From Thermofilum pendens Hrk 5 (GTDB lineage Archaea; Thermoproteota; Thermoprotei; Thermofilales; Thermofilaceae), in assembly GCF_000015225.1 (NCBI RefSeq), contig NC_008698.1:60001-92000 (forward strand): a DNA stretch of 32,000 nt, in the 5' to 3' direction. Position numbers and translations under genes: made by a program. A model generated the notes under the pieces. That model was not told the DNA's origin, did no database searches, and worked only from the letters and a program-made list of their open reading frames with translations. Shown one piece after another: positions 7,485 to 14,693 of the stretch. The number at the start of each line of letters is the position of its first letter. Within the stretch, counting starts at the first letter, position 1.

Positions 7485-8657
7485 ATGATGCCCGTCCTGC
7501 TGGCTGGGGGTAACCCGAAGAGAATGCGGCCGCTCAACGAGGGCTACCACAAGTTTATGCTTAAGATATCCGGAAACCCCATATTCTTCTACCCCCTCTC
7601 CTCCCTTCTCCAAGCCGCCGGGCAGAGAGTGATCCTCGTTGTTGACAGGGAGATGCAGATTGACTGGGTCAAGGAGTTTCTGAGGGAGAAGAACTATGCC
7701 CACGTAGAAGTGAGAGTTCAGCCAGGAGAGTCTCTCGAAGACGCATTTCTCACGGCGACTAAAGACGTCTCCGACGAGTGGTTCCTTCTAGTGTTCGGGG
7801 ACGTGGTCGCGCCACCTGAAGCGCTCCGCATGCTGATGGAAACCTACGAGGAAAGCCAAAGACCCTCAGCGCTGGTAATACCGAGGGCTGAAATGTCTAC
7901 GTACGGCGTCGCCTACCTTTCCGGTATGTCCATTAAAAAGGTGTACCCGGGCGGCGACGTCGGCGATAGTAGCTTCGTCCTGGGCGGCGCCTTCGTGCTA
8001 CCAGTACAGTTCCTCGAACTCGTTGAAAACGGTTCCGGCTTTTTCGAAGCGTTGAACACCGTTGTAGACAAGATGGGTATGGACGCGGCGCTCTGGACGG
8101 GCTCTTGGGTCGCCGTCGACTACCCGTGGGACCTTATATCGGCCCTATACGAGATCCTCGGCAGCAGCTGCAAGTCGGTAATCCACCCTGGGGCGCGCGT
8201 GTCTCCCCTCGCTGTACTCGAAGGGTGCGTAATCGTCGAGGAGGGAGCTTACATCGACCACTACGCCGTAGTGAGGGGGCCCGCTTACATCGGGAGGAAC
8301 GTCCTGGTAGGCAAGGGTGCTTTCGTGAGGGAGTACACGTCCCTAGAGGAGGGAAGCACCGTTGGGGCGTTCTCCGAGGTTAAGCGGAGCGTGCTCGAAC
8401 CCTCTGCCACTGCTGGGAGCTACTCGTTGATAGTGGACAGCGTGCTTGGCCCCTATAGCGTCGCTGAGCCACGGACAACGGTGATAAGCGAGATACGCGG
8501 CGAGAAAAGGATTGCCAGGCCGCTCCCCTTGCAAGGAGTGCTCAGCAAGAAGAGGAAGCTTGGCGTATTCGTAGCGCCTCGCGGGAGGATTGCCGCCGGC
8601 TCGGTAGTAGGTCCAGGAGTACTCATCCACGGGGACGGGAGGGTCGAAGAGGTCTAA
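7485..8657 (+). CDS. bifunctional sugar-1-phosphate nucleotidylyltransferase / acetyltransferase (archaeal GlmU-like, ST0452 type)
   Basis: N-terminal nucleotidyltransferase fold (VLLAGGNPKRMRPL, FGDVV, WVAVDYPWDL). C-terminal left-handed beta-helix hexapeptide repeats (VIHPGARVSPLAVLEGCVIVEEGAYIDHYAVVRGPAYIGRNVLVGKGAFV...) ending in SKKRKLGVFVAPRGRIAAGSVV. Starts 2 nt after the glmS stop. Confidence 0.85.
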   Translation: MMPVLLAGGNPKRMRPLNEGYHKFMLKISGNPIFFYPLSSLLQAAGQRVILVVDREMQIDWVKEFLREKNYAHVEVRVQPGESLEDAFLTATKDVSDEWFLLVFGDVVAPPEALRMLMETYEESQRPSALVIPRAEMSTYGVAYLSGMSIKKVYPGGDVGDSSFVLGGAFVLPVQFLELVENGSGFFEALNTVVDKMGMDAALWTGSWVAVDYPWDLISALYEILGSSCKSVIHPGARVSPLAVLEGCVIVEEGAYIDHYAVVRGPAYIGRNVLVGKGAFVREYTSLEEGSTVGAFSEVKRSVLEPSATAGSYSLIVDSVLGPYSVAEPRTTVISEIRGEKRIARPLPLQGVLSKKRKLGVFVAPRGRIAAGSVVGPGVLIHGDGRVEEV

Positions 8658-8663
8658 AGCTGT

Positions 8664-9788
8664 ATGAGCTCCTCGGAGAGGGCTCGAGTAAGTGTAATAG
8701 TGACGGTCTACCGTCACGCGAGGCGCCTGCGGAGTCTCCTCGAAGCGCTGTGCAACCAGGAAACCTCTTTCCCCGTGGAAGTGATTGTAGTCGCGGATGA
8801 GCCGGACGAGGAAGTCTTAGGCATCCTGAGGGAAAAGGCTTGCGTTAAGAGCTTGGTCTCCGAGAATAGGAGGGGGAAGGTTAGGGCTCTTAACGAGGCG
8901 ATCTCGCTGAGCCAGGGCGACGTCCTGATTTTTCTCGACAACGACGTGACCGTACAGGACAGGAAGTTCGTTGAGAAGATCTACAAGTGGCTACAGGATT
9001 TCGACGTAGCAGAGATCAAGAAGATCGCCCGGGTAGACACATTCATCGGTAAACTCGTCTACTACGACTACATGTCATTTGGCGTTGCGAGCTACATCTT
9101 CGAGAAGAGAGTGAAGAGGTGCGCTGGCTTAAACGGTGCGGCGATGGCTTTCACGAGGAAAGCTCTCAAGGAGCTTGGCGGTTACAGAAACGTGGTTCTA
9201 GAAGACATGGATATAGGCTTTAGGAGCTTCTTCCACGGGTTCAGGTACAAGTACATCTGGGATACCGAGGTCGTGGTAGACCCTCCCTCATCTCTCAGAG
9301 AGTGGCTTAACCAGAGGCTAAGGTGGTCTGTGGGTGCTTGGACCTGGATAGATGACTACGTGTTCCACTTCTCGAAAATAGCGAGCATCGATTACGCGCT
9401 GGAGAGCTTCGCTGCGCTTTTCGCAATGTTTCCCGGAGGAATCGTCTACGCGTCTATACTACTCGCAGAGGGGCTACCGCTGTTGAAGCTTGGACTGCTC
9501 GCAGGATCCACAGTCGGCGGACTCTTCGCGCCGCTCGTACCGGTTCTCGCCATCTACGAAACTGTATCGATGTTCCTCCCGCCTCTACCATTATCCCTTG
9601 TAGCCATTGCGGTTGCTTATTCCGCCTTGGTAGTACCCATCGCGTACAGGATAGGCTACAAAGTCAAGCCGCAACACTTCGCTACGTATATCCTATTCTA
9701 CTCCACCCTCTGGTTCACGGTTATGCTGGCAGGGTTCATAAGAGTGTTCGTATTCCGAAAGAGGGACGTCACCGGGTGGCAACTCTAG
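8664..9788 (+). CDS. family 2 glycosyltransferase, membrane-embedded synthase type (DxD, ED, QxxRW motifs plus C-terminal TM helices)
   Basis: VSVIVTVYRHARRL (GT-A N-terminus), DND at residues 92-94 (8937-8945), VLEDMD, QRLRW at residues 217-221 (9312-9326). About 4-5 hydrophobic helices follow in residues ~245-365. Confidence 0.85.
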   Translation: MSSSERARVSVIVTVYRHARRLRSLLEALCNQETSFPVEVIVVADEPDEEVLGILREKACVKSLVSENRRGKVRALNEAISLSQGDVLIFLDNDVTVQDRKFVEKIYKWLQDFDVAEIKKIARVDTFIGKLVYYDYMSFGVASYIFEKRVKRCAGLNGAAMAFTRKALKELGGYRNVVLEDMDIGFRSFFHGFRYKYIWDTEVVVDPPSSLREWLNQRLRWSVGAWTWIDDYVFHFSKIASIDYALESFAALFAMFPGGIVYASILLAEGLPLLKLGLLAGSTVGGLFAPLVPVLAIYETVSMFLPPLPLSLVAIAVAYSALVVPIAYRIGYKVKPQHFATYILFYSTLWFTVMLAGFIRVFVFRKRDVTGWQL

Positions 9789-9802
9789 TAGCTCGGAGAG
9801 GG

Positions 9803-10297
9803 CTACGGTGTCTCCAGTAGAACCCTTTTCAGCAGGTTGTCCCTCTCCCTTATAACGTTCTCCGCTTCAACGACAAGGGATATGGCTTCGTTTACCTTTT
9901 CGAGGAATTCTTTAGGCTCCAGTGCTGGTGTTAAGGCGACAACTCTCTCGAAGATCCTCGAAGCCGTGGAGATGAGCTTAAGATCCTCTTCTAGCAACCG
10001 TTGCAAAGACTCATCGTCGATGCTAGCCTTACCGGGGGAAGACGCGCCGGGCTGCTTTAATAGCTGGGAAGCCTTCATCAACTCTATACGCAGATCGTCC
10101 AGCCTGAGGCCCAGAGATACGTTCTTGCGTTTAACGTTAAACTCGAGTCTCTCCACGCGTAACCTTGCCTCGTCAAGTATGAGCGAAACTTTCTTTCTTA
10201 TAAGCTGGTCATCGGCGGAGAGAGAACCCCCGCTATAGCCCCTGAACCCTGGAACCATACCGGCAATTTTTTCAACGAGCTGAGGAATACTACTCAT
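9803..10297 (-). CDS. hypothetical coiled-coil protein (164 aa)
   Basis: ATG-initiated ORF with heptad-like, K/E/L-rich sequence: a basic N-terminal half and an acidic C-terminal half. No family recognised. Confidence 0.6.
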   Translation of the reverse strand: MSSIPQLVEKIAGMVPGFRGYSGGSLSADDQLIRKKVSLILDEARLRVERLEFNVKRKNVSLGLRLDDLRIELMKASQLLKQPGASSPGKASIDDESLQRLLEEDLKLISTASRIFERVVALTPALEPKEFLEKVNEAISLVVEAENVIRERDNLLKRVLLETP

Positions 10298-10454
10298 GGA
10301 GACACCTAGACCTCGCCTGGAGAATAAAGGGTGGAGCCCGAAAATATACCTTGCGCGCGAAGAGAAGTTGAGGTCCTACCCTTACTTGCTCTCCGAGACC
10401 GCACCAAGCATGAGGCATAACAACGAGCACTTACACGCGCAGGAAAAGCAAGAG

Positions 10455-10461
10455 AAAAAAA
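10455..10461 (-). terminator. T7 run about 30 nt downstream of the zinc-ribbon gene stop
   Basis: Minus strand reads ...AAAAAATTATTTTTTTCTCTTGCTTTTCC... after the TAA at 10492-10494. Confidence 0.4.
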
Positions 10462-10491
10462 TAATTTTTTAATTTGGTTTGTTACCGTCGT

Positions 10492-10656
10492 TTACTGCTT
10501 TACGCGCCCTATGAATCTGTAGACCGTGGTTCCACAGTTGGGGCAGGTGCCCTTGTAGGCAAGCCTCCCGTTCTTAAGGGTTACCTGCTGCGGGTTCTTC
10601 ATTTCGACCTGTTTGCGGCACTTAACGCAGTAGGCAGTTATTTTCTGGTGGGACAT
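10492..10656 (-). CDS. small zinc-ribbon protein (54 aa; resembles the DUF5679 family as I recall it)
   Basis: Hand-found ORF below the track threshold: MSHQKITAYCVKCRKQVEMKNPQQVTLKNGRLAYKGTCPNCGTTVYRFIGRVKQ. It has two CxxC knuckles (CVKC, CPNC), a TATA-like GGAATATATACC about 34 nt upstream, and an oligo-T run downstream. Confidence 0.7.
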   Translation of the reverse strand: MSHQKITAYCVKCRKQVEMKNPQQVTLKNGRLAYKGTCPNCGTTVYRFIGRVKQ

Positions 10657-10667
10657 TGTTTTTCACC

Positions 10668-10681
10668 GTGTAGTGCTACAC
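10668..10681. promoter_or_regulatory. inverted repeat GTGTAG-TG-CTACAC between the TATA box and start of the zinc-ribbon gene (operator candidate)
   Basis: Perfect 6-bp arms with a 2-bp spacer, 12 nt upstream of the ATG at 10656, in the intergenic region shared with the HTH regulator gene. Confidence 0.3.
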
Positions 10682-10839
10682 ATAGGAGGTATATATTCCT
10701 TACGCTTAATTTTTTCTCTTTTTATCTTTCTGACAATGCTTTTTCCGATTAAAGTAAAAAGAGATTTTCACCACCAATTCGTAGTCGGGAGTTATTTTAC
10801 ACAGAGATTTAAGAGACGTAGAAATGTTTTTATTTGACA

Positions 10840-11190
10840 ATGTCATATAGTACTACGAGCGAGATGGCGCACCTTAAGGCTCCCTGCGAAGAGATAAGCA
10901 GAAGAGTACTCCCGGCCGTGAGGAGTATACTTGTAAGGTATCTTTACGAGCAAGAAGGCTTAACCCAGCTTCAAATAGCCAAGTTACTGGGGATCAGCCA
11001 GTCGAGCGTGAGCAGGTACCTTAACAGCCAGAGAGGTCTCTCTCAAAGAGATATACTGGAGATACCCTCTATAGACGAAAAACTCAGGGAGACTGTACAC
11101 GGCATCGTAGAGGGCAAGCTAAGAGGAGAGGAGGCTTTGTGTAGCATATGCCAGTACATCAGGATGATGAGCCGCGAAGTTTCCGGGTAA
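10840..11190 (+). CDS. helix-turn-helix transcriptional regulator (XRE-like HTH, Cys-containing; COG2522-like by recollection)
   Basis: HTH LTQLQIAKLLGISQSSVSRYLNSQRG, N-terminal PCEE and C-terminal CSIC cysteines. In-frame candidate starts are TTG 10834, ATG 10840 and ATG 10864; the choice is uncertain. Confidence 0.75.
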   Translation: MSYSTTSEMAHLKAPCEEISRRVLPAVRSILVRYLYEQEGLTQLQIAKLLGISQSSVSRYLNSQRGLSQRDILEIPSIDEKLRETVHGIVEGKLRGEEALCSICQYIRMMSREVSG

Positions 11191-12598
11191 GCTCCAAGAA
11201 CAATCGTTCAGACTCGGGCGTTTTCTCTAATTTAGACTCTACGCGCGAGGCCCCCCTTGCTCCCGGTGCGTTCGCCAGTACAATCACTTTCCCTCGCCTG
11301 CTACTCCGCGGTAAGAGTTCTGCGTCAGCCTGGTCCACGTGGATAATGTCTCTGTCCGGGTCGACGTTCTCTAGGAGAACCTTCGCTAGGATCGTTGGAT
11401 CCTCCACGTCTACGTCCGGCCCCACAAGGATTACTGTATCGACATAAGGATTCACGGCAGCGGACAGGAACAGTATTTCACCTCCAATACTTAGCAAGCG
11501 CTCTCTCCTGTGCGTCGCAACTTTGGCTATGACTGTTCTAAAAGCGTCGTGGCCGAGGAATCTTAGCTCCTGGATCTCCGGGGCCAAAGACTTCATAAGC
11601 AACACAAGGAGGCTGGCGACCAAGGAGTATACCTGCGCTACGTCGCTCCTCTCCGGGTGGATGATCGAAGAGTAGAACACGGGGCTTGGAGATAGAAGTA
11701 TCTTCTTTACGTGTACTACGGGCATTGGTGATCCCCCGTATACCTCCCCGTTTTCGTACAGCATTCTCCCCTCCGGCCTCTCGTCGCCGGGTTCCAGCTC
11801 GCCGATTATCGCTACTTCCGTTGGATACGGGATTACCAGACCCTCCTCAGTCTTCACTACGGAGATTTTGCTCTCGGAGAGGACTCCGGCTAAGAGGATT
11901 TTGTCCACCGGTGTTAGCCACGTTAGAAGCGACGCTGGGTAAAGGGCTGGAACCGTCCCGGCGAGTATTCCTACATCCAGGCTAGACCTGCTACGCGAGG
12001 ATTTCTCGATGAGGAACTGAAGGGGCGAACCCCTCGGGACGTGCAGTACCATTGTTTTCTCGTCTACCACCTGTACTCTCTGCGAGGCTATCTCCCTGTC
12101 ACCTGTGGCCCTGCTGGACGCCACGATGATGGGGTTCACTAAGACCGGGTATTCCTCCTCACGGCTGTGCTTGAGGAAGGGCATTTCGAGAAGATTTACG
12201 TCGTAGCCCTGGAGAATGCGTACGGCTCCACCAGGAGCCTCCTTGACCGTCGGGTAATAGTCGGCAATCCACGCAAGCGAAGCCAGTAGCCCGAGCTTGT
12301 CCGTTGGTTGCGCGGCTGGGGTGCTCAACAGGTGGAGCACTCGGGCCGCCCTTTCGATTATACGCTCGACCGACGGCGCGTTCAGAACTAGCGGCAACTT
12401 TCCATAGAAGAGGTTCGTCGCAAGGCTGAGGGCACCTCCTTTAACCCTGTCGTACAGCAAGGCTTTATCCGTCTCCCGGGAGAGCTGGATAGAAAGCCAG
12501 GGTATCTCGATGGAGGGTGCTAGCTCCCCGCCGATCCGCATCAGCTTATCGCTGGACTCTAAAAGCTTGAGTGTTTCCTTCAGGGACAAAGTTTCCAC
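11159..12598 (-). CDS. UbiD-family (prFMN-dependent decarboxylase-like) protein, divergent
   Basis: 479 aa, collinear with UbiD as I recall it. Matches include [27 protein letters not shown] vs [37 protein letters not shown]...ATNLFYG vs ALLFENPKGY...LCNLFGT, and the C-terminal [17 protein letters not shown]...NVDPDRD vs FVIVCDDDVNARDWNDV...RMDPARD. The active-site loop is divergent. Confidence 0.6.
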   Translation of the reverse strand: [479 protein letters not shown]

Positions 12599-12602
12599 CG
12601 CT

Positions 12603-13013
12603 CTAGTAGCTTACGCGGAACCTTTCTTCCGGTTTCTGCTCCCCTCTGGGCATGAAGAAGACCGGGTTTAGCTTTCCGTCCTCGGAGAGTTTCAGCAACA
12701 TGTCCCTAAAGGCCGTAGTGTGCCTTATGTCCAGCTCCAGTAGCTTCTTGAGTATTTCCCACACACTCCTTTGAACGTCTAAAAGCATTTCGCGCGGCAT
12801 GTGCCCAACTATGAAGGGGTCCTGGAGCCACTTATCGAAGGCTTCTATCGTCTTAACCATGTGGCTGAAGGCTGCCCTCGTCGTAAGTATAAGCTCCAGC
12901 CTGTCCGCGTTCTCGAGGTTTTTCTCGACAGCTTCAACGGTATCAAGGAAAGCCTTCTGAGCTTCTACCCAGTTAGTCAAGTTAGCGGCGAATAGTTTCA
13001 CGAACTCGCTCAT
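12603..13013 (-). CDS. hypothetical helical protein (136 aa), coupled to the UbiD-like gene
   Basis: ATG-initiated ORF whose stop lies 4 nt before the UbiD-like start. The sequence looks all-helical (MSEFVKLFAANLTNWVEAQKAFLDTVEAVEKNLENADRLELILTTRAAFSHMVKTIEAFDKWL...). No confident family. Confidence 0.6.
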   Translation of the reverse strand: MSEFVKLFAANLTNWVEAQKAFLDTVEAVEKNLENADRLELILTTRAAFSHMVKTIEAFDKWLQDPFIVGHMPREMLLDVQRSVWEILKKLLELDIRHTTAFRDMLLKLSEDGKLNPVFFMPRGEQKPEERFRVSY

Positions 13014-13056
13014 CTAAACACCGGCTATTCTAGTAGCCGCATGCTAAAAAGCTTGC

Positions 13057-14592
13057 TCATCTCTCCAATACCAGCTGTCTCGGAGGCTGGTACTGAATCC
13101 TCTCTAAGAGCATTCTCCTGCCGGCAGTCCGCCCTACAAGCACCGGCTTAGAGTCTTCGAGGATTCTTTCCACCGCTTGAAGCTTCGCCGAGCTCGAAGA
13201 GTAGACTGTAAGCAGGGGGTCTCCCTTCCTGACCTTCTCGCCCAGCTTGACGTGGATGTATACCCCGGCGCCCTTGTCTATCGGTGCCCCGGCAATCTTA
13301 CCTATGTTCGCCAGCAACGAGTTGTCGATGTAGTATACGAAGCCGTCCTCCTCCGAGTACAGTGTGTACGTCTTGTCTCCCAGCGGTATCTCTTCGGGGG
13401 TAACGTCTGGGTCTCCGCCCTGGGCCTCGATTATCTCCCGGAGCTTCTTCTCGGCCTTCCCCGTTCTCAGAGCTTCCATAGCCGTTTCGTAACCGTTCTC
13501 CACCCCCACCATTTCCAGGAGAGTGCCCGCCAGGCTCGCCGCTTTGTCGACGAGGTCCCCCGGCCGTAGCTCTCGCAACGCGATTAAAGCTTCACGAGCT
13601 TCGAGAGCTGGACCTATCGCGTGCCCAATGGGCTCCTCCGCGTACGTCGCTACTGCTTGCAGGTTCATGCCGAACATCCTGGCTATTTCGAAGAAACTTT
13701 GAGAGATTCTCTTCGCCTCTTCTAGCGTCTTCACCTTCGTACCCCTACCTGTGGGCACGTCTAAAACGACGTGCGTAGACCCTACTGCAAGCTTCTTTGC
13801 GAGGATGGACGGGATGTAGAAGGGGTCTATCCCGAGGGGGTACTCGACCCTAATTATGATGTCGTCAGCAGGGGCTAGGTTCAGGGCTCCTCCCCAGACG
13901 AGGCACGCATTCGTCTTCTCGACTATTCTCTCGATTTCATCTATCGACAGGTTGACCGGCGCCAGCACCTCCATTCTATCGGCCGTCCCGGCGGCGGAGG
14001 TTATGGCCCTCGAGGAGGTCTTAGGAATTGTGAAGCCCAGGGAAGCTATTATCGGTACTACGAGGAGGCTCGTCTTATCCCCGGGAACACCGCCAAGGCT
14101 GTGCTTGTCGAGTATAGGCTTCCTTTTAAGCCTTAACCTCTGCCCCGTCTCGACCATTGAGAGCGTAAAGGAGTATATCTCAGACGGGGTCATCCCCTGG
14201 AAATGTACCGCGGTCACGAAGGCTGCGAGCTCGAGCTCGCTCAGCTTTCCATCCACTATGTCCTTTACTACCTGGTATATCTCGTCGGATTCGAGGCTCA
14301 AGCCCTGTAGTTTCTTCCTTATTGCCTGCAGGGATGCCGGCGGACTTGTGGCCTCTACTTCGACCTCGTCTCCGTCCGATATCCCCAGCGCTTTCGCTAT
14401 GTTTACGTAGACTCCCACGTGTTCGTGGGAAAACTCTTTCGCTATGTTAGCTATCGCTACCACGGTTTTCCCGTTGAAACGTACAAGTACTCTGTCGCTA
14501 GGCCTCACGTCGAGTTTCTTCGCCACGCTCTGATCGAGCACGACTGTGTAGTGGGCAGACTCGAACGGAAGGATCCTCGTTTTGAGCTTCAT
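13057..14592 (-). CDS. deoA: AMP phosphorylase (archaeal thymidine-phosphorylase family II enzyme with N-terminal extension domain)
   Basis: Near-collinear with the Thermococcus AMP phosphorylase as I recall it: MKLKTRILPFESAHYTVVL, HSLGGVPGDKTSLLVVPI, IPKTSSRAITSAAGTADRMEVLA, ACLVWGGALNLAPADD, GHAIGPALEAREAL, IIEAQGGDP. The longest ORF begins at 14619, but the family N-terminus aligns with the ATG at 14592. Confidence 0.93.
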   Translation of the reverse strand: MKLKTRILPFESAHYTVVLDQSVAKKLDVRPSDRVLVRFNGKTVVAIANIAKEFSHEHVGVYVNIAKALGISDGDEVEVEATSPPASLQAIRKKLQGLSLESDEIYQVVKDIVDGKLSELELAAFVTAVHFQGMTPSEIYSFTLSMVETGQRLRLKRKPILDKHSLGGVPGDKTSLLVVPIIASLGFTIPKTSSRAITSAAGTADRMEVLAPVNLSIDEIERIVEKTNACLVWGGALNLAPADDIIIRVEYPLGIDPFYIPSILAKKLAVGSTHVVLDVPTGRGTKVKTLEEAKRISQSFFEIARMFGMNLQAVATYAEEPIGHAIGPALEAREALIALRELRPGDLVDKAASLAGTLLEMVGVENGYETAMEALRTGKAEKKLREIIEAQGGDPDVTPEEIPLGDKTYTLYSEEDGFVYYIDNSLLANIGKIAGAPIDKGAGVYIHVKLGEKVRKGDPLLTVYSSSSAKLQAVERILEDSKPVLVGRTAGRRMLLERIQYQPPRQLVLER

Positions 14593-14660
14593 CCAGACCA
14601 CCTCGAAGACGGGGACCATAAATGGCGCAGAACTTCTACTTTAACTTTTTCTTAAAAGAA

Positions 14661-14668
14661 TTTAAATA
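14661..14668 (+). promoter_or_regulatory. TATA box candidate TTTAAATA for aor
   Basis: 26-33 nt upstream of the ATG at 14694, which is leaderless-type spacing. Confidence 0.5.
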
Positions 14669-14693
14669 ACCCCCAGGAGTCTTATTAACATGT

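Noticed and set aside
8105-8717. 92-aa (plus) and 124-aa (minus) ORFs inside the GlmU-like gene
   Set aside because: They are off-frame or antisense to the hexapeptide-repeat region. Their R/G/P-rich sequences are explained by the repeat-encoding GC-rich DNA.
11163-11220. Possible C/D box sRNA (ATGATGA at 11163 followed about 45 nt later by CAGA)
   Set aside because: There is no CTGA D or D' box at the required ~12-nt spacing, no C' box and no terminal stem. The sequence lies in the overlapping 3' coding ends of two genes. Other TGATGA occurrences (e.g. 18361, 24628) fail the same test.
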